64,000 bases of DNA. It comes from an uncultured delta proteobacterium (GTDB lineage: Bacteria > Desulfobacterota > Syntrophia > Syntrophales > UBA2185). The notes beneath the pieces are model-generated. The model ran no database searches. It worked only from the letters and a program-made list of their open reading frames with translations, and was not told the origin of the DNA. The stretch covers positions 1 through 64,000 of the forward strand of contig CAVSPA010000005.1 in NCBI GenBank assembly GCA_963729715.1, given 5' to 3'. This document shows positions 49,514 through 58,726 of the stretch, piece by piece. The stretch's first letter is position 1. Each line of letters starts with the position of its first letter. The position numbers were made by a program, and so were the translations under genes.

Positions 49514-51673
49514 ATGGAAAAGAAAGTGGCAGACATAATGCAGCCTGATACCCGCTATTCCCAAGTATTCAATACCGTGCTCTGGAAAGATATCCAGGAT
49601 AGAATCTCCAGGGCTTTAGGCGTCAGCATAAAGGTAGTGAGCGAAGACGGATCAATCAATATCCCGGAAAGCAACTTTTCCGCCGTATGCGAGCTTCTGA
49701 AAACCTCAGAAAAAGCCGCCGCCCTTTGCGCGGATTTCAAATGTAAAAACATGAATGAAGAAACCGGCGCCGTCAAGTGCAATACGTGCGGCTTCTCGCA
49801 CCTCTGCATCACGGCGGACTGCTTTGGAAAAAAAATGTTTATCATGGTCGGACTCTGTGCGGACCCTTCATGGAGCAAAACAGGTCTGAAGAAAATAAGC
49901 CGCGATTACGGGATCGACTACGTGATGCTCAAGGCCGCGTATGAGAAATCGACGTTTCTCGCGCCGCACAAGATAAGAGAACTGGCTGACTTAATCATGC
50001 ACCTTTTCAACGTGACAGTCGAGCTTGCCCTACAGCAGTACGTCACCGAGAAGGTAACCAGGGAAAAGGAAGAAGAACTTGCCAAGATGACGGCATTGAT
50101 GGAGATAAGCATAGTAATAAACTCCACGCGCTACCTGAAGCAGCTGTTGAAGATTGTCATGCAGTCCGCCGAGCGTGTCATGCAGGCAGAAGCAAGCTCC
50201 GTATTCCTCATTGACCGTCAGACAGACGAGCTTTACTTTGAAGTCGCCACAGGCCCGAAAGAAGAGGAAGTCAAGAAGATCAGGCTGAAGAAGGGCGAAG
50301 GTATCGCCGGTTGGGTGGCCTCTACCGGGTTGTCGCTGCTTGTGCCGGATGTGTCAAAAGACCCGCGTTTTGCCAGACGCGTGGATGCGGAAACACATTT
50401 CATCACCCGATCAATCCTCTGCGTGCCGCTCAAAGTGCGAAACCAGACAATAGGCGTGGTCCAGGTAGTAAACAGATTGGGCGCGGCGAGCTTCTCGGAA
50501 AGCGAGATAAAATTCCTGGAGGCACTGGCGTCGCAGGCTGCCATAGCCATTGAGAACACGAACCTGTATGAACATCTCGAAGAGCGCGCTGAACAGTTGA
50601 ACAAAGAATTGAAGAAGGTCAACATAACCCTGGCAATAGAAAAGCAGCGTATCGAATCCATAGTGCAGAGCATGGAAGATGCGGTTATTGCCGTTGACCG
50701 GGAAAATAAAATAGTCATGGCAAACAGACTCGCCGAAAAGGTGTTCTCGATAAGATCAGAGCAGGTGATAAACAAAGCCATCAGGGAAAGCATTTCGAAC
50801 AGAGAGGTTATAGACAATTTCTCGAAGGTCTCAAGGTCAAAGAGTTCCCTGCGCGAAGAGGTAGTATTCAAGATAGGAGGGAGGGAGCATACATTCGCTG
50901 CTGTGTTCGCGCCCATAATAGACGAATTGGGAGAGACGGCAGGAACGGTCGCGGTGTTCAGGGACATCACAGAGTCAAAAGAAATTGACAGGATGAAGAC
51001 CGACTTCTTAAACATGGTCTCGCATGAGCTCCGGACGCCTCTGACACCGATACAGGCCTATAGCGAGCTGATAATGATGAGGAACCTCGACGCGGAGAAG
51101 ATCAAGAGCTATGCAGGCATCATAAACAAAGAGACCCTGCGTCTGGGCGCGCTCATAGGCGACCTGCTTGACCTGTCGAGGATAGACGCGGGAAAGGGCC
51201 TGAGTATCTCCCCGGAGGAAGTAGACTTCAGGGAGCTTTTAAACACTGTATACAATACGTTCAAGAGCGCTTCGGCCAAGCACAGAATATCTCTCACGGC
51301 GCCCGAGAAGGCCGAGAAGATAACGGTCGACAGAAATAAGATAATACAAGTCATGAGCAACCTCCTTTCGAACGCCGTCAAATATTCACCGGATGGCGGT
51401 GATATTCACATCACCATGGAAGACAGGAACAACAGAATTTATATTTCGGTCTCTGACGAGGGCCTCGGAATGCCGACGGACGCGCTGCCAATAATATTTG
51501 AAAAGTTCTATAGAGTGGACAACCCCGCCGTGAAGAAGATCGGGGGCACAGGCATAGGACTCTCGATAGTTAAGTACATCGTGGAATTGCATGACGGCGG
51601 CATAACAGTGGAAAGCGAAGAGGGAAAAGGAAGCAAGTTCACTTTCTTCATTCCAAAGGCAAGAACAGCGTAG
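49514..51673 (+). CDS. Cytoplasmic sensor histidine kinase (PocR-like + GAF + PAS + HisKA + HATPase)
   Basis: Cys-rich PocR-like N-terminus; GEGIAGWV...TRSILCVPL (GAF); SHELRTPLT, NLLSNAVKY, DEGLG, GGTGIGL. Confidence 0.92.
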   Translation: MEKKVADIMQPDTRYSQVFNTVLWKDIQDRISRALGVSIKVVSEDGSINIPESNFSAVCELLKTSEKAAALCADFKCKNMNEETGAVKCNTCGFSHLCITADCFGKKMFIMVGLCADPSWSKTGLKKISRDYGIDYVMLKAAYEKSTFLAPHKIRELADLIMHLFNVTVELALQQYVTEKVTREKEEELAKMTALMEISIVINSTRYLKQLLKIVMQSAERVMQAEASSVFLIDRQTDELYFEVATGPKEEEVKKIRLKKGEGIAGWVASTGLSLLVPDVSKDPRFARRVDAETHFITRSILCVPLKVRNQTIGVVQVVNRLGAASFSESEIKFLEALASQAAIAIENTNLYEHLEERAEQLNKELKKVNITLAIEKQRIESIVQSMEDAVIAVDRENKIVMANRLAEKVFSIRSEQVINKAIRESISNREVIDNFSKVSRSKSSLREEVVFKIGGREHTFAAVFAPIIDELGETAGTVAVFRDITESKEIDRMKTDFLNMVSHELRTPLTPIQAYSELIMMRNLDAEKIKSYAGIINKETLRLGALIGDLLDLSRIDAGKGLSISPEEVDFRELLNTVYNTFKSASAKHRISLTAPEKAEKITVDRNKIIQVMSNLLSNAVKYSPDGGDIHITMEDRNNRIYISVSDEGLGMPTDALPIIFEKFYRVDNPAVKKIGGTGIGLSIVKYIVELHDGGITVESEEGKGSKFTFFIPKARTA

Positions 51674-51853
51674 TTCGCCCTCGCTGTAAGGCTCGTCCAT
51701 ATCTCGGCGCCGGCCGGCGCTCAGTCCCATCCCCCCGCCACGAGAGCACATTTTGCGATTCCCGGAATTTCTCTCAATTGATATTCTTAAGTCCTCAAGG
51801 CTCTCATCAATACTCTCGCATAACATTGATATTCAAAGATCACATACAGCCAA

Positions 51854-54127
51854 TTACGGCATTGTCTGCGCTCCTGCACAGACGGCCTGCCCGAGAGAGA
51901 TGCATCCGTCGTTGGTGGGTATTGCAGTATGAAAGAATACGTCAAAGCCCGCTTTCTCAAGTTCCGCAATCATTCCCTCAGTGAGAATGCGGTTCTGGAA
52001 GCACCCGCCGCTCAGGACGACGCGATTCAGGCCTGTCTTGTCACGTATCGTCCGGGCCATTTTGCAGAAGGCGACCTGCAAGGTAAGGTGGAAGGAAAAG
52101 GCGAGCTCACCGCTGTCCTTTCCCGCCTGAAGCCTTTTAGTGATTGCCCGGATCATGGGCGAGAAATCAAGGTGAATGATATCTCCGGTCTCTTCGATGG
52201 TGAATTGCATGACTCTGCCGGTCCCATACCTCGCCATGGCTTCGAGTTCCATCGCCGCCTGTCCCTCGAAGGTAACTTTTTTGCGAAGCCCCAAAATGGC
52301 GGCAACACCGTCGAAGAGCCTTCCCAGGCTTGATGTCAGGGGGGAATTGAATCTCTGCTTCATTATCCTGTCCATCGTTTCATAGAAGGATTTCTCGGGA
52401 ACTATATCCAGGCTTTTCGCGACATCCGGCCAATCGTCGCCGTATGCCTGTTTAAGGAGACTCACGGCAATCCGCCATGGCTCTCTGATGGCCTTCTCAC
52501 CGCCGGGAAGGAGGTAATTCGTTATATGGCCGATGCGCGTGAATTCCGCTTCGGACGCAATGAGGAATTCACCTCCCCACACCGTGCCGTCTGTGCCGTA
52601 TCCGGTCCCATCCATGGCGATGCCGATGACCTCTCCCTCTACGCCACTTTCCGCCATACAACTTACGATGTGGGCATGATGGTGCTGGACACCGATGACA
52701 CGAGAAGCCGGAAGGCCCTCTGCAAGCATTGTGGTGTAATAGGCGGGGTGAAGATCGCAGGCAACTATGCCGGGTTCACATTCTGCGATCTTTTGCATCA
52801 GGCCAAGGGTCTCACGATAAAAATCTCTGGCTTCCGGGGTTTCCATATCCCCGATGTGGGGGCTCAGAAAGGCAAGGTTTCCTTTCAAGACGCACAGTGT
52901 CGTCTTCATCTGCGGGCCCAAGGCCAGGACGGGAGGATAAGACTTCGCAAGCGTGATGGGTAGCGGGGCAAAACCTCTGGACCGGCGGATGATCCTTCTC
53001 TCCCCGCATGATACGGTTGCCATGGAGTCATCGCACCGCACAAGGATATCTCTGTTATGCACGAGGAAGAAATCGGCTATGCCGTCCAGACGCTTTATTG
53101 CCTCCCTGTTTTCGATGCAGATGGGCTCGTCTACCTGGTTCGCGCTGGTCATGACGAGTGCATGAAAATGTTTTTCGAGGAGCATGTGATGAAGCGGCGT
53201 ATAAGGGAGCATGATTCCAAAATCAGACACACCCGGGGCAACTGCTGGGGAGACCATAACACCCCCCCTCTTCCGGGCAAGGACTATAGGACGCTGGGGA
53301 GAGAGAAGAATAAGCTCCTCCTCCTTCCCGATTTTGGAAATCGAGCGGGCCGTTTCCACATCTCTCACCATGATGGCGAGCGGTTTTTCCTCTCTCCACT
53401 TCCGTGACCTCAGCCTTTTTATGGCTTCGTCATTCGCGGCATCAACGGCAAGATGAAAACCTCCAAGACCTTTTATGGCGACTACGTGGCCGGAAAGAAG
53501 CAATTCGATGGCTTTCCCAAGGGGGTCTCTATGACAGAGGGGGTTCCCTTTTCCATCAAGAAGTTTAAGTGACGGCCCACAGGCAGGACAGGCATTCGGT
53601 TCGGCGTGAAAACGGCGGTCTGCCGGGTTTTCGTATTCCTTCTGGCACATAGGACACATCGGGAAACAGGACATAGACGTATTGATCCGGTCGTAGGGGA
53701 CATCCTTGATAATCGTCAGCCTAGGGCCGCAGTTTGTGCAGTTGATGAAGGGATAACGGAATCTTCGATCGGTGGGGTCAAAAAGTTCCTTTAGGCAATC
53801 GCCGCAGGTGGCGATGTCTGGCGCAATATAAACCTTCCCGGGTCCCAGGGCTTCGCTCTCAATAATCCGGAATGCCTTGTCGTTCTTTATTTCCACTTCT
53901 TCGGAGAAAGTTCCCGAGACGTTGGCAAGGGGCGGGAGTTCTTCGTTCACGCCGGACATGAAGGAATGGATGGCTTCCCCAGGGCCTTCCACCTCAACTA
54001 CGACGCCGTCCGGACGGTTTTGAACGAAGCCGGAGAGCGAATGCCTTGTTGCCATACGAAAGATAAAGGGGCGGAATCCCACCCCTTGAACGACGCCGGA
54101 GAACAGGTAGCGTACTCTCTTAATCAC
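51854..54127 (-). CDS. hypF: Carbamoyltransferase
   Basis: GVVQGVGFRPF, CTNCGPR, RRFHAEPNAC, KGLGGFHL, QHHHAH. Confidence 0.97.
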   Translation of the reverse strand: MIKRVRYLFSGVVQGVGFRPFIFRMATRHSLSGFVQNRPDGVVVEVEGPGEAIHSFMSGVNEELPPLANVSGTFSEEVEIKNDKAFRIIESEALGPGKVYIAPDIATCGDCLKELFDPTDRRFRYPFINCTNCGPRLTIIKDVPYDRINTSMSCFPMCPMCQKEYENPADRRFHAEPNACPACGPSLKLLDGKGNPLCHRDPLGKAIELLLSGHVVAIKGLGGFHLAVDAANDEAIKRLRSRKWREEKPLAIMVRDVETARSISKIGKEEELILLSPQRPIVLARKRGGVMVSPAVAPGVSDFGIMLPYTPLHHMLLEKHFHALVMTSANQVDEPICIENREAIKRLDGIADFFLVHNRDILVRCDDSMATVSCGERRIIRRSRGFAPLPITLAKSYPPVLALGPQMKTTLCVLKGNLAFLSPHIGDMETPEARDFYRETLGLMQKIAECEPGIVACDLHPAYYTTMLAEGLPASRVIGVQHHHAHIVSCMAESGVEGEVIGIAMDGTGYGTDGTVWGGEFLIASEAEFTRIGHITNYLLPGGEKAIREPWRIAVSLLKQAYGDDWPDVAKSLDIVPEKSFYETMDRIMKQRFNSPLTSSLGRLFDGVAAILGLRKKVTFEGQAAMELEAMARYGTGRVMQFTIEETGDIIHLDFSPMIRAITKRLQAGKDSGELAFSFHLTLQVAFCKMARTIRDKTGLNRVVLSGGCFQNRILTEGMIAELEKAGFDVFFHTAIPTNDGCISLGQAVCAGAQTMP

Positions 54128-54202
54128 TGAATTGTTTTCGCTCCCGCACTTGTTATTTGCCGACTCATATCATTTTCTTCTACCAAAAAGAAATAGCGCC
54201 TC

Positions 54203-55300
54203 TTAAGAATCGAGATGATACTTGTAATAGGCCGCGCAGGTGCCCTCTGATGACACCATGCAGGGGCCTATGGGATTGGTCGGGGTGCATGTCTTTCTGA
54301 ATAACGAACACTGACCGGGAAGCATGACGCCCTTGAGGACGTCCCCGCAACTGCAGCCCTTGGTCTCTTTTGAGTGAATGGGGGGAACCTCAAATCTTTC
54401 CAGCGCGTCAAAGGCTTTAAACTCATCCCGCAGGAAAAGACCGCTTGCGGGTATTATGCCAAGCCCCCGCCACTCCGCATCTCCTGTTCGGAAGACCTTG
54501 TTGATGATATCCCGTGCACGGGGGTTTCCCTCCGGTTTGACGCCCCTCGCATACTGTATGGTGACCTCTCTTTTCCCTTCCGCAATCTGGCCTAAGATCA
54601 TCAGTATCCCTTCCAGAACGTCAACGGGCTCAAAGCCTGTAATGACGGCGGCCCTTCCTGCTTCTGCGATTACATTATATGGACTCAAACCTATGATCGT
54701 ACTTACATGCCCGGGACAGATGAAACCGTCGATATTTAGGGAAGGGTCATCGATGAGCGCCTTGAGGGCAGGCGGCACTACTTTGTGCACGGAGAAGACG
54801 GAAAAGTTTTTAATCCCCTTTTTTCGAGAGAGGCCCACGACAGAGGCTACCATGGGTGTCGTTGTTTCAAAACCGATGCCCATCATGACCACTTCCTTTG
54901 CAGTGTTCTTCTCGGCAATGTCAAGGCAATCCGTCGTGGACGCAATCACCCGGACATCCGCTCCCGCCGCCCGTGATTTTTGCAGGCTTGCGCATCCTGT
55001 GCCCGGAACTCTGAGCATATCACCAAAGGTGGCAAAAATCGTATCCTTCATTCCGGAAAGGTAAAGGGCCTTATCAACATCTTGGATGGAAGTTACACAG
55101 ACAGGGCAGCCGGGCCCCGAAACAAGCCTTATATTCCCCGGGAGTAGCTTCTTGATTCCGAAGCGGCCGATCACGTGGGTATGGGTTCCGCAGATCTCCA
55201 TAAGAGTAATCTCTTTGCCTATCTTCCCGGCGATCTTTTCTATGGCGGCGATAAGGCCCTTTACAAGGGACCGGTCTCTGTACTCATCAATATATTTCAT
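54203..55300 (-). CDS. hypD: Hydrogenase maturation protein
   Basis: MEICGTHT, GPGCPVCV, GFETT, PGHVS, GPCMVSSEGTC. Confidence 0.97.
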   Translation of the reverse strand: MKYIDEYRDRSLVKGLIAAIEKIAGKIGKEITLMEICGTHTHVIGRFGIKKLLPGNIRLVSGPGCPVCVTSIQDVDKALYLSGMKDTIFATFGDMLRVPGTGCASLQKSRAAGADVRVIASTTDCLDIAEKNTAKEVVMMGIGFETTTPMVASVVGLSRKKGIKNFSVFSVHKVVPPALKALIDDPSLNIDGFICPGHVSTIIGLSPYNVIAEAGRAAVITGFEPVDVLEGILMILGQIAEGKREVTIQYARGVKPEGNPRARDIINKVFRTGDAEWRGLGIIPASGLFLRDEFKAFDALERFEVPPIHSKETKGCSCGDVLKGVMLPGQCSLFRKTCTPTNPIGPCMVSSEGTCAAYYKYHLDS

Positions 55301-55341
55301 TTCATACTTTCGTTTAGAAATAAGCTACCCCGAAATGAATT

Positions 55342-55377
55342 GAAGCTCTCTGCAGCAAGCTGCGGAGAATCTTCGAT
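55342..55377. repeat. Palindromic element resembling an IS200/IS605-type end hairpin (remnant)
   Basis: CTCTGCAGC-AA-GCTGCGGAG hairpin between the GAF gene and hypD; assignment from memory. Confidence 0.4.
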
Positions 55378-55448
55378 TCTTAAGGAATATGATCGTTCGT
55401 CATTCAGTCGTTACCGAATTCAAAGAGCGGGCGTTCGGCGTGCACAGA

Positions 55449-56633
55449 TTATTTCCGTCGGATGCTTTCTGCATCGAGATATTCCAGCGTCGTTTTCCAG
55501 AAAGAAAGATTGTACTTGGTTTTTTCGTACAGCCTGGCATTTACGATGGCAAGGCCGGCGAGCTCGGCCACTGCCGAGAGGAAGGCCACTTCCTCCCCGC
55601 CATACTGTCTCGTCTCTTGCGAATACAGCCTCAGGATCCCGATCACGCGCATCCCGGCGATGATAGGCAAGGAAAGGATCGAGGCAATACCTTCCCGGGC
55701 ATTTTCTTGCGGATACTCGATTCGCGGATCCGCCGTCGCATCGAGGACCAGCACAGGCACGCCCTTCAGTGTCTCGCGGATGCTCTTTTCCATATGGACA
55801 GGTCCCTTTTGGAGGTAGCTTTCTCTCAGTCCTTCAGATGCAACCAGTTCAAGCTCCCGGGTTGTTTCGTTTACCAGTCTCAGCGAGCACGCCTTCACCT
55901 TCATGATCGTAAGCACCTTTCCGATCAACAGGTCTATCACCCGCCGTGAGTCCAGAGTGGATAGGATGGTCCTGGCGATATCATGGAGCGCCCGGAAATA
56001 CTCGAGGCCCTGAGAAGGATCGACCGGTTCCATGGCAAACGGCCTTAATCGTTGTTTCGGCCTTTTTCGCTCCTCAGGAAGGTCGATGCCAACGTGTTTG
56101 AGAAGGGAAGAAAGTCTGACGCCCTCATCCTCATAGATCTTCGCATTGGCGATGGCGAGCCCACCCATCTCTGCCAGTGCCGAGACCAATTCGATCTCTT
56201 CAGCGCTGAAGTCCCGGGGCTCTTCTGAATAAAGCCTGAGAACGCCGATGACCTTATCTTTTGCAACTACAGGAACTGACAGGATCGTGTTGATGCCTTC
56301 TTCTATCTTCTCGGTTCTGTACTGAATTCTCAAATCGTTGTGGGCATTTTTGACAAGGACGACTTTCCCTTCCATAACTTCCGGGATGCTTTGGTCTGGA
56401 CTCAAGGGGCCTTTGTCAAGATACTTTTTGCTGAGGTTATGCGATGCAACAAGCTCCAGACGTTTGGTCTGGTCGTCGAGAAGCCTCAGGCTTCCGGCCT
56501 TTGCCCCGAGGGCGCTGACAGTTTTCTTCACCAAAATTTTGAGTATTTCCTTGAGAGAGAAAGAGGAAAAAATGGTTTGATTCACGTCGAAAAAAGTCCG
56601 CAGGTATTCGCTCGTCTTCTGTTCCGCCATCAT
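55449..56633 (-). CDS. Tandem GAF-GAF protein without an output domain
   Basis: Two similar halves: KA(G/C)SLRL...LELVAS...YL.KGP...ILS.P....VIG.LRLYS...NA..YE. Confidence 0.88.
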   Translation of the reverse strand: MMAEQKTSEYLRTFFDVNQTIFSSFSLKEILKILVKKTVSALGAKAGSLRLLDDQTKRLELVASHNLSKKYLDKGPLSPDQSIPEVMEGKVVLVKNAHNDLRIQYRTEKIEEGINTILSVPVVAKDKVIGVLRLYSEEPRDFSAEEIELVSALAEMGGLAIANAKIYEDEGVRLSSLLKHVGIDLPEERKRPKQRLRPFAMEPVDPSQGLEYFRALHDIARTILSTLDSRRVIDLLIGKVLTIMKVKACSLRLVNETTRELELVASEGLRESYLQKGPVHMEKSIRETLKGVPVLVLDATADPRIEYPQENAREGIASILSLPIIAGMRVIGILRLYSQETRQYGGEEVAFLSAVAELAGLAIVNARLYEKTKYNLSFWKTTLEYLDAESIRRK

Positions 56634-56714
56634 TCACCTTCGCCCTAAGAGGATATGAATTCGCTTTCTAGTATAGGGCGAAATGATCTGTCTGTCAAGG
56701 GAGTGACAGGGAGT

Positions 56715-58033
56715 CGAATTGCCTCACATTAAATGTTACCCAAGGTTGTGAATAAAAGAGATCGTTGACTCATAATTCGATGTTACCGAACATCGACTTC
56801 CGAAAGGAGGGTAATCGATGAGTCCACGATCGAAAAAAGAGTACACCAGGGCAATCCATTTACGCTATAAAAATGCTTCCCGCCATGAAAAAACAATTAT
56901 CCTGAACGAGTTCTGCACAACGTGCGGATACCATAGGAAACATGCCATACGCCTTCTCAGGAGATTTAAACGCTTCACAAAGCCAAGACCGAAGAAGCGA
57001 GGGAAGCCTCCCGTTTATCAAAATGAGGAGATTCTGAAGCCCTTAAAACAGATATGGCTGGCAGCGAATCTCCCCTGTTCAAAACGCCTAAAAGCTATTT
57101 TACCGCTCTGGCTGCCAAGCTATGTCCAACTCTTTGGTAAACTTCCTCCCACGGTTGTTGAAGCCCTGGTGAAAATCTCCCCGGCCACCATAGACAGGCT
57201 CCTTCAACCTACCCGTATACAATACAAGAAACGTGGCAGATCCACTACAAAGCCAGGGACCCTCCTGAGAAAACAAATCCCTATACAAACAAACCAGTGG
57301 GATGAATCAAAACCGGGATTCCTTGAAGCCGATACCGTAGCCCATTGTGGCGAGTCATTGCTGGGAATGTACGCATATACCATAGACTGCGTGGACATCG
57401 CCACCGGATGGACAGAACAAAGAGCTGTGTGGGGTAAAGGAGAAACAGGTGTCCTTCAACAAATCAAAGACATAGAAAAAACGCTCCCCTTCCCACTCCT
57501 TGGCTTCGATTGCGATAACGGATCAGAGTTCTTAAATTATCACCTCGTGAGGCATTTTACCCAACGAAAACACCCCGTAAAATTCACCCGCAGCAGACCG
57601 TACCACAAAGATGACAACGCACATGTAGAACAGAAGAACTGGACCCATGTGCGTCAATGGCTCGGCTACCAGAGATTAGATAATCCACGGGCCGTACCCC
57701 TTCTTAATAACCTCTACCGTAACGAATGGAGGCTCTTCCATAACTTCTTCTGCCCCTCCGTGAAACTCATTGCCAAAGAACGTATCGGTTCTAAAACTGT
57801 CAAACAACATGACAAACCGAAAACACCTTATCAGAGAGTCATGGACTCTCCTCATTTGCCTGAAACAGTAAAACTCTCACTCTCTAAACAACTTGAAAAT
57901 CTTAACCCCTTTCTGCTAAGAAAAACCATGGAAACAAAACTTAAAAAAATCTCCTCCCTCTGAGTAACATATATTATGAGTCAACGTTCCTCACATGAAG
58001 CTATCCTTCGGTAACATTTATTTATGAGGCAAT
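56715..58033 (+). mobile_element. Insertion sequence with an rve-type transposase (ISNCY-like)
   Basis: Outer IR ATTGCCTCA...AAATGTTACC.AAGG and inner IR CGTTGACTCATAAT...ATGTTAC at both ends. Flanking direct repeat AGGGAGT at 56708-56714 and 58034-58040. Exact ends uncertain by about 3 bp. Confidence 0.85.
56818..57963 (+). CDS. Transposase (integrase catalytic core)
   Basis: GYHRKHAIRLL, PGFLEADTVAHCG, DCDNGSEF, TRSRPYHKDDNAHVEQKN. Confidence 0.9.
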   Translation: MSPRSKKEYTRAIHLRYKNASRHEKTIILNEFCTTCGYHRKHAIRLLRRFKRFTKPRPKKRGKPPVYQNEEILKPLKQIWLAANLPCSKRLKAILPLWLPSYVQLFGKLPPTVVEALVKISPATIDRLLQPTRIQYKKRGRSTTKPGTLLRKQIPIQTNQWDESKPGFLEADTVAHCGESLLGMYAYTIDCVDIATGWTEQRAVWGKGETGVLQQIKDIEKTLPFPLLGFDCDNGSEFLNYHLVRHFTQRKHPVKFTRSRPYHKDDNAHVEQKNWTHVRQWLGYQRLDNPRAVPLLNNLYRNEWRLFHNFFCPSVKLIAKERIGSKTVKQHDKPKTPYQRVMDSPHLPETVKLSLSKQLENLNPFLLRKTMETKLKKISSL

Positions 58034-58110
58034 AGGGAGTGACGGGGCTTCTTGCGATTGCGAACTGGCGCTGCACCGCAGGGGCAAGGCATAATGCCAA
58101 CTATTAATAA

Positions 58111-58692
58111 CTATCTTTTCTCTTTTCTGAGGAGGAATTTGAATTTATTGCCTGACCATTCGCCCTCATGTTTCGAGCCGTCCGGGAGGGTTAGAACCCC
58201 TATGCCGTAAAACTTATCTTCTTTCCATTTCCCTTCATACATAGAGCCGTCCGGGAATGTCAAAGTTCCCTTCCCATGGAACATATCATTTTCCCATTCG
58301 CAATCGTACTTCTTGCCGTCCGGTAGTGTTAACACTCCCTTCCCATTTCTACTGCCGTTTTTCCACTGTCCGATATATTTGCTTCCATCAGGCAGAGTCA
58401 ATGTCCCTATCCCGTTGATGTCCCCTTCCTTCCATGCGCCTTGATAACGGGTGCCATCAGCAAGCATCAAGACCCCCTGTCCGTTTGGAAGGCCCTTGTC
58501 CCAATCGCCCTCATACTTGCTTCCGTCGGGCCATTTGAAGATCCCCTTTCCATGAAATACGCCTTCCTTAAATAGGCCATTAAAACTGCTCCCGTCCGGA
58601 TGACCGTAAACTCCCTTACCGTCATGGGCATCATTCTTCAATGCAAAGTCAACTTGTCCGCTTTCGAAGATTTCTTTGACCAGCTTTTTCAA
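58111..58692 (-). CDS. MORN-repeat protein
   Basis: About 7 repeats of G.G....PDGSKY.G.W. Confidence 0.9.
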   Translation of the reverse strand: MKKLVKEIFESGQVDFALKNDAHDGKGVYGHPDGSSFNGLFKEGVFHGKGIFKWPDGSKYEGDWDKGLPNGQGVLMLADGTRYQGAWKEGDINGIGTLTLPDGSKYIGQWKNGSRNGKGVLTLPDGKKYDCEWENDMFHGKGTLTFPDGSMYEGKWKEDKFYGIGVLTLPDGSKHEGEWSGNKFKFLLRKEKR

Positions 58693-58726
58693 TGCCCCAT
58701 TCCTCCGTCACACATGCGCAACATTC

